The notes under the pieces were generated by a model. The model worked only from the letters and a program-made list of their open reading frames with translations, was not told the DNA's origin and ran no database searches. This document shows, piece by piece, positions 18,633-28,273 of a DNA stretch of 64,000 bases (position 1 is the stretch's first letter; every line of letters begins with the position of its first letter). This DNA is from a virus, in the IMG/VR virus record IMGVR_UViG_3300025151_000016; one strand, given 5' to 3'. The position numbers were made by a program, and so were the translations under genes.

Positions 18633-18903
18633 CGTCAGATGTAAACGCGTCTGCTATTGTATCGATAAGTAGATCAATATTATTTTTATTGTTCTCAATC
18701 AAACCATCATGTTCTTCATCGATGAATTCAGAACGAGCTGCGTGTGCAGAATGTGCTCCAATTAGTTTCATCAAATCAAAATCTATATTTTCTACTTTAT
18801 GATGTATTTCAACAATGTGCTGTTCCAAAAGACCAATTCTTGCGTCTTTGTCTTTTATATCTTCAGCCATTGAGTAAAACATTATCGCTGCGATTATTTC
18901 CAT
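18619..18903 (-). CDS. hypothetical protein
   Basis: GAGG SD; in operon. Confidence 0.55.
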   Translation of the reverse strand: MEIIAAIMFYSMAEDIKDKDARIGLLEQHIVEIHHKVENIDFDLMKLIGAHSAHAARSEFIDEEHDGLIENNKNNIDLLIDTIADAFTSDDESN

Positions 18904-18906
18904 AAC

Positions 18907-19107
18907 TTACTCCTCAGTTTCAATTTGCATGCAGATAGCCTGCATATTCAATGGGAAGTGGCCTTGTTGACCACCCACATCATAACTTAACATTTCTCTT
19001 GCATAAAAACAATGATGCATTTTTTCAAATGTATGACCTGGACCATATGCGTTTACTGCATGTACATCTGTACCTTCTACCATAATATATATCAGCATCC
19101 AAGCCAT
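18907..19107 (-). CDS. hypothetical protein
   Basis: AAGGA SD; directly downstream of the structured RNA. Confidence 0.6.
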   Translation of the reverse strand: MAWMLIYIMVEGTDVHAVNAYGPGHTFEKMHHCFYAREMLSYDVGGQQGHFPLNMQAICMQIETEE

Positions 19108-19129
19108 AATAAATTCCTTTTTATAATCA

Positions 19130-19249
19130 GTGGGGAGTCCTTCCTAGGTGACCCCCCACCTATCTGCATTTAACGTATGCAGCAACCGACTGGGTTATTC
19201 GGTACCAGTACGTCCACCGACCTATATAGAGAGCGCAACTCTACTTAGG
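19130..19249 (-). ncRNA. unassigned structured RNA (three hairpins plus possible pseudoknot)
   Basis: GC-rich intergenic island with several perfect stems; see finding. Confidence 0.55.
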
Positions 19250-19253
19250 ATTT

Positions 19254-19709
19254 TTACTTTGTAAATGCTGTCTGATAAGTTATACCATTGACAACCCAAG
19301 TGATAACAGAATAGTCATACACTTTTTTATTTACATCTCTATACTCAGTGACATCTTGGCACTGTCTTTCATAATTATAACCAGTGATAACTCGTTTAGA
19401 CTTTTTCTTGTCTGCAGCTATCACTCCACCTATTACAGCACCAGCAGCGGCGCCGTTATCTTTATCAGTAATACCTTTACCGAGTAAAGCTCCAAGAATC
19501 ATGCCGCCAAGCACGTCACCGCCCGAGGCTCCTTCGCCTTGCACTGTACCGTATATAGGCACTTGCACTTGTTGACAAACCTGTTTTGTGTAAGGCGTCC
19601 TTTCAATTACCGATGTGTAGAAATCTTCTACACTAGCAGTTACCTGCTCTGCAGCAGCAACAGGCGCAGCGAATGCTACTATGGTTGCTGCTGTGATTAA
19701 TGTTTTCAT
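19254..19709 (-). CDS. secreted glycine-zipper 2TM protein
   Basis: Signal peptide; GGMILGALLG..GAAAGAVIGG zipper; two Cys. Confidence 0.75.
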   Translation of the reverse strand: MKTLITAATIVAFAAPVAAAEQVTASVEDFYTSVIERTPYTKQVCQQVQVPIYGTVQGEGASGGDVLGGMILGALLGKGITDKDNGAAAGAVIGGVIAADKKKSKRVITGYNYERQCQDVTEYRDVNKKVYDYSVITWVVNGITYQTAFTK

Positions 19710-20068
19710 TCCTTTATTCCTTGTTCTTTAGCCGCAGCTATTATAAGTGGCGTGAATACTTCTTCTATATCGTCTTCCCACTGACTCCAACTTATTCTAC
19801 TAAAAGAATCAAAGTCTCTTACAGTAGGAACATCCCGACGTAAATGTGGACCAAACATCTGCTTGAACAAACCTCTGTTGTTCATAAGTCCATTGTTAAA
19901 AAAATCGAAAACAGCGTTCTGAGCTCGACGAAACTTGTCAAGATTCTTGTTAGTAGTCCTTGGATTTTTACAAGGACCGTCCAATGGGATCAGCTCATTG
20001 AGCTTTTCTCTTAGACCTTCGAAACCAGAGTTTACACCCCACTCATTAGTAAATAATTTCTCTTGCAT
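19706..20068 (-). CDS. hypothetical early protein
   Basis: L..LIP..G...FRRA.N...D.FNNGL.N. Confidence 0.65.
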   Translation of the reverse strand: MQEKLFTNEWGVNSGFEGLREKLNELIPLDGPCKNPRTTNKNLDKFRRAQNAVFDFFNNGLMNNRGLFKQMFGPHLRRDVPTVRDFDSFSRISWSQWEDDIEEVFTPLIIAAAKEQGIKE

Positions 20069-20400
20069 TACGCAGCCTCCTCAACTGGAAGTACTTCTTC
20101 AAAACCTATCATTGCACAATCATAAACAGAACCACTACTGATATAGAAACGATCGCCCATCATAGAAGATCTAAGACCATATGTTTTGCCACCAACTACT
20201 GGAAGCTCGCCAACGACTTCAACGTTTTCGTTCTTATCGTAATTCCCTTCAGGGTGGCTCCAGCTATCACAAATATTCTGAGTCCAACGATAAGCATACT
20301 CACATGCTTCTTTTTCGGTAAGTTTTATTGGAGCATCAACTACAGCAACTCTTGTGTAACCTTTTCCTTCAAACTCTTTATGATAAACTGTGACTTTCAT
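20068..20400 (-). CDS. hypothetical early protein
   Basis: AY..TQNI..SW, RSSM.GD motif; AAGGAG SD. Confidence 0.65.
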   Translation of the reverse strand: MKVTVYHKEFEGKGYTRVAVVDAPIKLTEKEACEYAYRWTQNICDSWSHPEGNYDKNENVEVVGELPVVGGKTYGLRSSMMGDRFYISSGSVYDCAMIGFEEVLPVEEAA

Positions 20401-20427
20401 ATGTATTCTCCTTCATTTGATATAACT

Positions 20428-20487
20428 ATACTACACCATTATGAGCCGATTGTACACCTTTTTGTTTCATTTAAAATCAACTACTTA
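20428..20487 (-). promoter_or_regulatory. early promoter (TGTACA-17-TAGTAT) with consensus IHF site
   Basis: Upstream ~40 bp nearly identical to the copy at 13279-13317. Confidence 0.75.
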
Positions 20488-20594
20488 CGCTTTTTTTATG
20501 TAAGTTGTTGAAAACAAACGAAACCTTTTTTTCATCACTGTCACTTTTTGTCCAGCCTTCTAGAGTACTTATATCTATTTTATCAAAAGGATCG

Positions 20595-20888
20595 TTATCT
20601 GTAAGTTTCCCTGACACTTCGCAAAGCTCCTTCTATTTGAGACGGATATTTTCCTGTGTAAGTTCCTGCCTTCAACATGTCTTTAGTTAAATAATCCTTA
20701 TGTCTATGATCTATATTGTCCCAATCTTTCAAAATTTTTCTAGCCAGCTTATCGAACTCACTATCTTCTAAGATAGGATCGTCTTGTTCGTAATATGCGT
20801 ATGCTGCCATAATGTACCAAGGGACGCTCATATTGATGTTGCCGTCGACTATGTCGATACAAGCATCTTCAATACCTTTTTTGTCCAT
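20595..20888 (-). CDS. stand-alone NAD-dependent ligase domain Ia-like protein
   Basis: AYYEQDDPILEDSEFDKL resembles LigA YY..D.P.I.D..YD. Confidence 0.6.
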   Translation of the reverse strand: MDKKGIEDACIDIVDGNINMSVPWYIMAAYAYYEQDDPILEDSEFDKLARKILKDWDNIDHRHKDYLTKDMLKAGTYTGKYPSQIEGALRSVRETYR

Positions 20889-21303
20889 AGTACTTTACCT
20901 TTAATTCCTTCTCTTTATTATGAGCTTCGATCTCCCATGGTCTAGAATCGTAATCCATTTCTGCTTCAAATACTTTTTTTTCAAATATGATTTCGTCGCC
21001 CCATTTTTGTTTCATTCTCCCCGTGAGATACTGATGCACGTGCACCATTTCATGTAGCACTGTTGAAATCATGTCTTCGAGGGGGATAGATACATCGATG
21101 CGGATCGTAAACTCACGATCACCTTCATCCAAAACGTCGCCGTAAACTCCTTGCTTTTCGGTTAACTTTCGTATCGTTCTAATATTTATATAAACAGGCT
21201 TCTTGATACGAGGCATGAGTTCTTTCGCAGCAAACATTACTGAGTCAATAATTGCTTTTCTACGATAGCGGGCTGTTTTATTTTCAAAATCAATAACAAT
21301 CAT
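20869..21303 (-). CDS. zincin-like metallopeptidase
   Basis: HEMVHVHQ and PWEIEA. Confidence 0.75.
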   Translation of the reverse strand: MIVIDFENKTARYRRKAIIDSVMFAAKELMPRIKKPVYINIRTIRKLTEKQGVYGDVLDEGDREFTIRIDVSIPLEDMISTVLHEMVHVHQYLTGRMKQKWGDEIIFEKKVFEAEMDYDSRPWEIEAHNKEKELKVKYYGQKRY

Positions 21304-21309
21304 AATAGT

Positions 21310-21338
21310 ATTTTATACTATTTTCTTGTAAATGTAAA
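21310..21338 (-). promoter_or_regulatory. early promoter (TTTACA-17-TAAAAT)
   Basis: Sequence motif. Confidence 0.6.
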
Positions 21339-21935
21339 CTAGTTTTTTGTTCTAATTTCAACATTTTTTGGCACCGGAAACTTTATGTTTGGGTGCTTAT
21401 GATATAAAATAAACTGTGTATCTGGAAACTCATTAAACATGTTTTGCCAGACTGGTCTCCAGTTGTTTATTAGTCGATTGTTATTCATATTTGATCTATC
21501 TGAATTAAGAAAGAAGTCACTATTACTTAATAGATTAAAATCAAACATAGAGTCGAATCCATACATATGGATTTCAGTTGCTTCCATTTTACTTGCTACA
21601 CAGTGCACTGCCATGTGACCGCAGTTAAAGTCTGTGTAATTTTGTACATATTTCGGTAGAGTTAAGTAGAACCCTTTAATTTGAGATGCAAACTTCATGT
21701 AAAAGTCTGGTCTCATCTCCATCCATTTCTTAGGTCGAGCACCAAGAGTCCATTCACCTGGAACTATTACAGATCCTTCATCAATTGCTTTCATCATCTT
21801 AAAGTCAACCATAAAGGTTGTGTAAACATTATGAACTTCAAGAGGCGGTAAGTTGCATGTTACTTTAAGTCCCTTTGCGGGTTTATACATTTGTGCACAA
21901 TCGCCGTTACCAATTACATGAGCAACTTTACTCAT
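21339..21935 (-). CDS. sialyltransferase/Maf-like glycosyltransferase-fold protein
   Basis: VIGNG; CN; IHMYGFD motifs. Confidence 0.5.
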   Translation of the reverse strand: MSKVAHVIGNGDCAQMYKPAKGLKVTCNLPPLEVHNVYTTFMVDFKMMKAIDEGSVIVPGEWTLGARPKKWMEMRPDFYMKFASQIKGFYLTLPKYVQNYTDFNCGHMAVHCVASKMEATEIHMYGFDSMFDFNLLSNSDFFLNSDRSNMNNNRLINNWRPVWQNMFNEFPDTQFILYHKHPNIKFPVPKNVEIRTKN

Positions 21936-22627
21936 TTATCATACTCCAAAAATTTGTTGCTTTCTCTTATCATTTTTTCAATTTTAAGCTTGCCTTTTCT
22001 ACCAGTCCAATGCATAATAACGTGGTCCTTTGGCATAGAAGAATCTACTATATCCAGACGTAATGTATTATATTTTCTTGGAAGATCTGTTATATGTATG
22101 TGTCTTCTCATTCCATCTTTTACAAGTTCATGAAGGACTTCTTGGTCACCGTCCTTAGGCTTTGCTTTGACTGCAGCGTACCATTCATCAAGAATATTCG
22201 GCCTATGTTGAAACGCAACTACACCAGAGTTGTGCCATGTTTCCTGTCTTCGTCTAGACCAAGGAACATCTTCTGCCATTGCAAGTTTATTGGGTTGTAT
22301 GTAATCAAATATATCATCTATTGGACCAAGCACTTGGCAGTCGGTATCTAACCAACATACCTGTTCTGCGAGCCTTGATGCTTCAATCATTGCCTTTGGC
22401 TTTTTAAACCAGCCTCGTTCATTGCTTTCCATAGGTTGAGCTGCAAACACACGTTTCATCTCTTCGGACATACCAAAGTCATATACGACTAATTTAGTTT
22501 TACTAAATCTTTTTAAATTATCAAAGAACCAAGGAAGCTGCCACTGTGTTTTATGATCGCAGCCAGTAATGAATATTTTAGATAATTTCATAAGTTTCTC
22601 CAAAGGAGTGCTTTGCATAACAACCAA
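21932..22627 (-). CDS. GT-A glycosyltransferase (GT8-like)
   Basis: WLDTD; HNSGV; GDQE.L; YN; HWTG (true start probably MKLSK). Confidence 0.75.
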   Translation of the reverse strand: MVVMQSTPLEKLMKLSKIFITGCDHKTQWQLPWFFDNLKRFSKTKLVVYDFGMSEEMKRVFAAQPMESNERGWFKKPKAMIEASRLAEQVCWLDTDCQVLGPIDDIFDYIQPNKLAMAEDVPWSRRRQETWHNSGVVAFQHRPNILDEWYAAVKAKPKDGDQEVLHELVKDGMRRHIHITDLPRKYNTLRLDIVDSSMPKDHVIMHWTGRKGKLKIEKMIRESNKFLEYDK

Positions 22628-23222
22628 TAGGATTTTGAATAGTAGAAAACGAGTCTCTTGCTTCTACTGGCCAAGGATAGTATTCTTGTAAGAAAGGAAA
22701 CGATTCTTTGTTTAAAAATACATCGGTGGGCTGAGCATGCAGTTTAGCCTGCTTTACCAGTGCACGAGCTCCGGCAGGAGTGAGGCGATATGCGTGTGCA
22801 CCAGGGAAATACCTTTTAGATGTTAACAATCCAACCCCTAAAGCTGGAGTATGATATTTTCCATAGGAAGGTTTGCCTAATGAAATTACTTTGTCAAAGA
22901 GAAGTGATTCACTTATTGGTTGTACGATAAATGCATCGTGCTCAAAGATTGTGTAGGTAACTTTATCTTGTATACATTTTTTCCATAAGCTATAATGAGA
23001 TAAGAAAGCTGCAATACAATTTTCAAGTCTTGAATATTCTTCAATAAATCCATGTGTATCGAGTTCTTCAGCTTCCATCATACGATATACATTTGTGTTT
23101 CGAGGAGTAACTGCATCATACATATCAATCTTCATGCCGTGTTTTACGCCAGACTTAATACACCGTTTTGCAGTTTGCATTGATCTTTCAATATCTGTTA
23201 TAGTAATAATCAAATTTTTCAT
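22578..23222 (-). CDS. glycosyltransferase family 25
   Basis: FLSHYSLWKKC; IFEHDA; GAHAYRLTP.GA. Confidence 0.8.
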   Translation of the reverse strand: MKNLIITITDIERSMQTAKRCIKSGVKHGMKIDMYDAVTPRNTNVYRMMEAEELDTHGFIEEYSRLENCIAAFLSHYSLWKKCIQDKVTYTIFEHDAFIVQPISESLLFDKVISLGKPSYGKYHTPALGVGLLTSKRYFPGAHAYRLTPAGARALVKQAKLHAQPTDVFLNKESFPFLQEYYPWPVEARDSFSTIQNPIGCYAKHSFGETYEII

Positions 23223-23911
23223 TGTGTTGTAGTGCTCTTTAGATTTTGAACGCTGGTATAGAATTTACGAGTTACACCAAGTTTAGGAACTAACTGATAA
23301 CACATGATTGCATCATTAGGCCAGAGACCGAATTCCTTTACGAGACTAATAAGTTTATTAGCACCTTCTGGTTTAATTATATATGCTGAGTTTCCGGCTA
23401 GACCTTGTGGAATATTTGCTGGCGCCAGGCGTGGAACTGATTGTTGTTTTTTATCATCATTTATAATAGTCTGATAATAGTCACGTGATTTAAATGTACA
23501 GCCTATTGGATTATTAATTCCAAGAATATTAAACTTTGAATCATTCATATTGAAATCAAGTTTTGCTGTAAACATTGCATCATGTTCGAGAATAAGTATT
23601 GGCTTATTTGAATTGGAACACATGTTCCATAATCTATAATGACTCAAAGCACAAGCAACTCTTGCTTTCGGACTTCTTGTTTGATATGCTCGTTTAGTAA
23701 GTCCAGAACTAAAGTCAGTAACTGAACCTTCCCAAGGATAGTTCCATTGTAGTTTATGAGCCAACAGAACTTCTTTCACGTCATCTGGTGTAACAGCTTT
23801 GAACTTTTCTATTTCAAAATCATTACCAACTTTTTTCGAAGATTCAATTAAATTATTAAATCCAGTTTCAGATATTTTATTATCATTTATAACAATACTA
23901 TAAGCAATCAT
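23219..23911 (-). CDS. glycosyltransferase family 25
   Basis: CALSHYRLW; ILEHDA; GNSAYIIKPEGA. Confidence 0.8.
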   Translation of the reverse strand: MIAYSIVINDNKISETGFNNLIESSKKVGNDFEIEKFKAVTPDDVKEVLLAHKLQWNYPWEGSVTDFSSGLTKRAYQTRSPKARVACALSHYRLWNMCSNSNKPILILEHDAMFTAKLDFNMNDSKFNILGINNPIGCTFKSRDYYQTIINDDKKQQSVPRLAPANIPQGLAGNSAYIIKPEGANKLISLVKEFGLWPNDAIMCYQLVPKLGVTRKFYTSVQNLKSTTTQ

Positions 23912-24486
23912 TACTTCTTACCGATGACTGTGTACCCTACATTTTTTGTAACGCGTTCTAGAACTTTCCATTGATTCTTTGCAGCCCAAGCATTTAAAAC
24001 TTGAAATAAGCTATCATTCATTTTACCATGAAGAATACTCGTATCATGAGCTATAATATACTTCTTAACGTTTCTACCATGCATATCTAATTCTTTTTGT
24101 AAATGATTAGGGTGGTGGTAACTATCAATGACTAACATATCAGTCATGTTAATAGCACCGAAACCAGTAGAGTCAGTTTGATTAACAATTAATTCTATAT
24201 TATTTGTATCACACCATTTCTCTGCAAGTGGTTTGAGGAACTTATTATATTTTGTAAAGTCAATATCCACAAGGTAAACTCTGCTTGGTTTACACAGCAT
24301 CGCCACAGAAGCTGTACCACCTTGGTGTGTACCGAGTTCCATGTAGCTCTTACAGTCTTTCATATATTTCGTAATAGCATCATGGATAGCACAATAGTCT
24401 TTACCGTGTGCTTCTTCTTGTTGTTCTCTAATAGATTTATTAAATGTTTTTATGGTCTTGCAATGACCTAGTTCGCTGTTAATCAT
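23911..24486 (-). CDS. class I SAM methyltransferase (Methyltransf_24-like)
   Basis: ELGTHQG.T; DMLVIDSYH; HDT. Confidence 0.75.
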   Translation of the reverse strand: MINSELGHCKTIKTFNKSIREQQEEAHGKDYCAIHDAITKYMKDCKSYMELGTHQGGTASVAMLCKPSRVYLVDIDFTKYNKFLKPLAEKWCDTNNIELIVNQTDSTGFGAINMTDMLVIDSYHHPNHLQKELDMHGRNVKKYIIAHDTSILHGKMNDSLFQVLNAWAAKNQWKVLERVTKNVGYTVIGKK

Positions 24487-25280
24487 TTTTCTATTGCTTC
24501 TTTTATCATTAAGATATTTTCTTTTAGTTTATCGTTAAACTGGCTTTCAGCTTGGCCATGGTTTAAACCTTCGCTCAATCCTCTGGAAAAACTAGCACTC
24601 ATACCAGATTGACAAGCCAAACGTCTGCACGCTTCTTTTGTCGTATATCCACCACTGAGTCCAACAATACACATGACTTTATCGTGTGTCATGATGTCGC
24701 TATAAAAATTATCCATGTCTGGTAATGTAAGTTTAAGTATACACTTTCCTTTAAATGCATCTAGTCGTTCAGCCAACTCGTCTCGAAGCTTACACTCATA
24801 TATTGATTTCATAGGATGATCAATTGGAATCTCTGGTTCTACGATTGGCATGAGGCCTCCTTTATATACTGTCTCTGCAATAGCAAATTGCTGAGATAAT
24901 ATCATGTCAATATCCTTTACGTCTTTGAGAATACTGCGCATCTTTGTACCAGTACAACCATGTTCTTGAGCGTAGTCAACCATGTCATCCCATCTAAAAT
25001 ATTTTAGATAACCATTTTCTTCCACACCACTGTCAATTTTTAAATAAGCTTGAATTCCTTTTTGTTTTAATATTGGCACCATACCACGTTCAACTGTATC
25101 TTTGTACAGGATTGCTGCCCATATATTATCAGAATTAAACATAGGACTATTCACCATACGCATTCTCATGGCATGAATCTTATCCATCTTATCATTTTCT
25201 GTATATTTTTGACCATAACGTTCAAGTACACCACCGGTACTTCCACCACTATGATCCATTGCAGCTATAAATCTATTCAT
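24483..25280 (-). CDS. fda: class I fructose-bisphosphate aldolase
   Basis: FIAAMDHSGGST; LKIDSG; GTKMRS; PIVEPE; LKLTLP; LSGGY; SASFSR. Confidence 0.88.
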   Translation of the reverse strand: MNRFIAAMDHSGGSTGGVLERYGQKYTENDKMDKIHAMRMRMVNSPMFNSDNIWAAILYKDTVERGMVPILKQKGIQAYLKIDSGVEENGYLKYFRWDDMVDYAQEHGCTGTKMRSILKDVKDIDMILSQQFAIAETVYKGGLMPIVEPEIPIDHPMKSIYECKLRDELAERLDAFKGKCILKLTLPDMDNFYSDIMTHDKVMCIVGLSGGYTTKEACRRLACQSGMSASFSRGLSEGLNHGQAESQFNDKLKENILMIKEAIEK

Positions 25281-25605
25281 AGGTTTCGCCCGTTTCTCTA
25301 AAAAAGTTTTCACTCCAAAAAGCTTTATCATCTATCCATACATCATAGTGTTCTTTTTTACCAACACTTAATTCGTGAAACTTTGCACCCCATTTAATTA
25401 ATTGATTGTTTGTCAGGTTATAATAGTCCACACCACTTACAGCGCCACGAGCTGTCATGTATTTAATTGTATGTCCAGCATCGTATAATTTATTAATCTT
25501 AGCAATGCGTTCTGGCATTGGTTCATGTAATGCGTAATCCTTTGTGCCGTCTGGCTTCATTACTTCATTACAAATTGTTCCGTCAATATCTATAACGTAC
25601 TTCAC
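25273..25605 (-). CDS. HAD phosphatase (capsule-biosynthesis type)
   Basis: DIDGTIC; TARG; K..YD.WIDDKA. Confidence 0.8.
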   Translation of the reverse strand: MKYVIDIDGTICNEVMKPDGTKDYALHEPMPERIAKINKLYDAGHTIKYMTARGAVSGVDYYNLTNNQLIKWGAKFHELSVGKKEHYDVWIDDKAFWSENFFRETGETYE

Positions 25606-25781
25606 TTAGTCACCTCTTCTTTCCTTGCATACTTTATATCGCAATATCCGCAAATAACATAATGTCCATCATGCGGTATTTTAAGATAAACTTTTGGATG
25701 ATCCATGTTATCTCCGCTACACGCTACGCTATCGCCATCTATGTAAACGATGCGTTCTTCAAAGCCTTCGATCTTATCCAT
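25602..25781 (-). CDS. zf-CHCC zinc-finger protein (59 aa)
   Basis: Not in ORF track; VACSG...DHPKVYL......ICGYC. Confidence 0.75.
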   Translation of the reverse strand: MDKIEGFEERIVYIDGDSVACSGDNMDHPKVYLKIPHDGHYVICGYCDIKYARKEEVTK

Positions 25782-26592
25782 CGTTCGGCCAGTTTTTATT
25801 AACTGGTAAGTTCCATTCGCTTATTGGTTTATTTGTTATTTGCCATAATGCTTCTTCAGGCCAATCATCTGCAGTTCGAAACATTATATGAACTAACTTA
25901 GGATTCTCTCCTCTATTGTCACCAATCTTAGCGTTAGGATGCGAACCAACTTTATGCATGTAACAATTCCACTCGTTTGGCATTCTCATTAGTTTAAAAT
26001 TTGGTAAATGAATAAACGCTGAAAAGTAATCTTGAAACAATCTATAAAAGTTAGGAAACCCATGTACTGTGTTTACATACTCTTGAAAGGAAGGCCATTC
26101 CGTTTTCATCTTTTGTAAACCTTTTTTAGATATAACTACAACACCGGTGTTAAATACTTCTGGTCTATCTTTGTCGTCTGTAGGATACTTGATACCCCAT
26201 GTTTTTTCACAGAGCCATGCCCATCGTTTATCAATAACACTATTGATTCCACCAGAGTTATATATTGTCCTGAAATAAGGTTGCTTTGGTTCTGTACAAA
26301 TACCAGCATCTTCTCCATTTAACATAAACAGATCGTCGGTAAGTCCTTCTGTTGGAAAGACGTCTATGTCAACTAAAGCCACGTTATCATACTTATCAAA
26401 AGATTTATCAACTAAAGGATTAGCCGGTTCGTAGTAAATAGGAACATTCACAGTTTTACTTGCAATCTCAATGTTATGATCAAATCTATATTCAGCACCA
26501 ATACGATCCGCGTATTCTTTCATTAGTCTTGTAGAAGCTACAACACCAGGCTTCATAGGACCTTTCCAATATTGATATATTATGTTACCCAT
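25774..26592 (-). CDS. GT-A glycosyltransferase
   Basis: YADRIGAEY; DIDVF; FNTGV; QD; WN; H. Confidence 0.7.
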   Translation of the reverse strand: MGNIIYQYWKGPMKPGVVASTRLMKEYADRIGAEYRFDHNIEIASKTVNVPIYYEPANPLVDKSFDKYDNVALVDIDVFPTEGLTDDLFMLNGEDAGICTEPKQPYFRTIYNSGGINSVIDKRWAWLCEKTWGIKYPTDDKDRPEVFNTGVVVISKKGLQKMKTEWPSFQEYVNTVHGFPNFYRLFQDYFSAFIHLPNFKLMRMPNEWNCYMHKVGSHPNAKIGDNRGENPKLVHIMFRTADDWPEEALWQITNKPISEWNLPVNKNWPNDG

Positions 26593-27605
26593 TTGTTTCT
26601 CCTGATAAATTTCTTTGCTGTTTGCAAAGATGAGTTAATAGCCTGATGCATATCAATGTACACATACATTCCACATCTTCCAATAAAAGTCATCTTAGGA
26701 TTGTTATATTGCTTGGCTGCATATTTTCTATATATGCCCGCATTAACGCCAGTATTATCTTTGACCGGATAAAACCTTTCATAATTATTTTCTTTATAGT
26801 CACACGGCTCTTCTGCAGTAAGCGTAGTCATACTAGAGTTGGTACCATGAAAAGGATAGTTCTTCCATTCTGTAATTCTGGTGTAAGGACCATCATGTGT
26901 AAAGTTTACGGTGGGTACAGGTAAAACTTTATTCAACGGTAAATGTGTATGATGAAACTTTATAGATCTATATGGCAGTTCACCGTATTCATAATCATAA
27001 TAAACATCAATTGGCATTGAGTTAAATACATGATCATAAAGTTCTTCCATCTTCTTATCGAATGGTGTGTTCAAATGTACAATTATATTTTGGTGGTTTA
27101 AAATACTATTGAACAAAGTTGTATAACCATACAGTGGCATTACTTGATATTCATCATCTGGAAAGTACAATTCGTTATCATCATCACGTATAGGTATTCT
27201 TTTTGAAATACTACTATCTAAATCTTCTAGTTCCATTCCCCACATCTTTTTAGTGTAAGGTTTGTAAAAAGTATCTATGACATTTTCTTCGCCAACAATT
27301 TCTTTTGTTTCATTATTGACTGGTAAAGTAACATACCGACCATCAGAAAGTTGTGCCTTTACTTTATGCTTGTATTCACCGAACTTACCATACAATGTTA
27401 TCCAGTCATATACTCTTTTATTATTTGTATGAAATATATGTGGTCCGTACTTGTGAACTCTTATACCGTGTTCGTTTTCATAATCATATGCATTACCACC
27501 TACATGATCTCTTTGATCTATTACACATATCTTGTGGCCAGCTTCTGCTAACTCACGAGCAATCGTAGCTCCAGCAAAACCCGCACCTACAACTAATATA
27601 TTCAA
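26580..27605 (-). CDS. glf: UDP-galactopyranose mutase
   Basis: GAGFAG; GGNAYD; HKYGPHIFHT; YT.K.WG; LPYRS; TRITEWK; YP; GR...Y.Y.DM. Confidence 0.95.
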   Translation of the reverse strand: MNILVVGAGFAGATIARELAEAGHKICVIDQRDHVGGNAYDYENEHGIRVHKYGPHIFHTNNKRVYDWITLYGKFGEYKHKVKAQLSDGRYVTLPVNNETKEIVGEENVIDTFYKPYTKKMWGMELEDLDSSISKRIPIRDDDNELYFPDDEYQVMPLYGYTTLFNSILNHQNIIVHLNTPFDKKMEELYDHVFNSMPIDVYYDYEYGELPYRSIKFHHTHLPLNKVLPVPTVNFTHDGPYTRITEWKNYPFHGTNSSMTTLTAEEPCDYKENNYERFYPVKDNTGVNAGIYRKYAAKQYNNPKMTFIGRCGMYVYIDMHQAINSSLQTAKKFIRRNKWVT

Positions 27606-28273
27606 AGTACACCTTCGTCTACTAACTGTTGATAGTTTTCCATCTTATCACGCTTTGGTCCTTGAGGAGTAATCTTAGTACGTATATGAATAAAGCCAGC
27701 TTTTTCTGGATTAGGAAGAAAACTACACTGGCACCATTTCGGATCCAAGTGAGTTTTTCTCCAGTTAATACCTGCTCTTAGAGCTAACACATGAAAGATA
27801 CCTTCATCTTCAAAGTGATATGGCAAATTAAAGTTTTCCATCCATGTGTTTGGAGGAGTGTTTGCTTCTCTTAAAGCTACTCTTAATTTCTTATTCATTT
27901 TATATATTGCACCTCCCCAATAAGGAGATCGAGAAGATGAGATTAAAGGATACTGCTGTACTATCTTTTTATGTAACATCTTCTGTACAGTATGATACAT
28001 CCCAACACCTTGTTCTTCAAAGATATTAATAGTCATACCTTTGGGTGCAAACATATCAATGTCTACCATTAGTACATCATCGTACTCGTCAAACTCTTTT
28101 GAGATCATCTGTACTTTTTGGCACGGTGCTGTTAGTCTTCGATTGAAAGGTTTGCCAGTAATAAGTTTATATTCAGCTCCAATCATATCAGCATACTCTT
28201 GCATGTTCGCCATCGAGAGTTTATCTAACGGCCGCAGCTCGCCATCAAAGTGTTGTAGTACAATATTTACCAA
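27602..28273 (-). CDS. GT-A glycosyltransferase (GT34-like)
   Basis: YADMIGAEY; MVDIDMF; DEG. Confidence 0.65.
   Translation of the reverse strand: MVNIVLQHFDGELRPLDKLSMANMQEYADMIGAEYKLITGKPFNRRLTAPCQKVQMISKEFDEYDDVLMVDIDMFAPKGMTINIFEEQGVGMYHTVQKMLHKKIVQQYPLISSSRSPYWGGAIYKMNKKLRVALREANTPPNTWMENFNLPYHFEDEGIFHVLALRAGINWRKTHLDPKWCQCSFLPNPEKAGFIHIRTKITPQGPKRDKMENYQQLVDEGVL

Noticed and set aside
19165-19183. tRNA anticodon arm
   Set aside because: A 7-nt-loop hairpin is present, but no D arm, T arm or acceptor stem.
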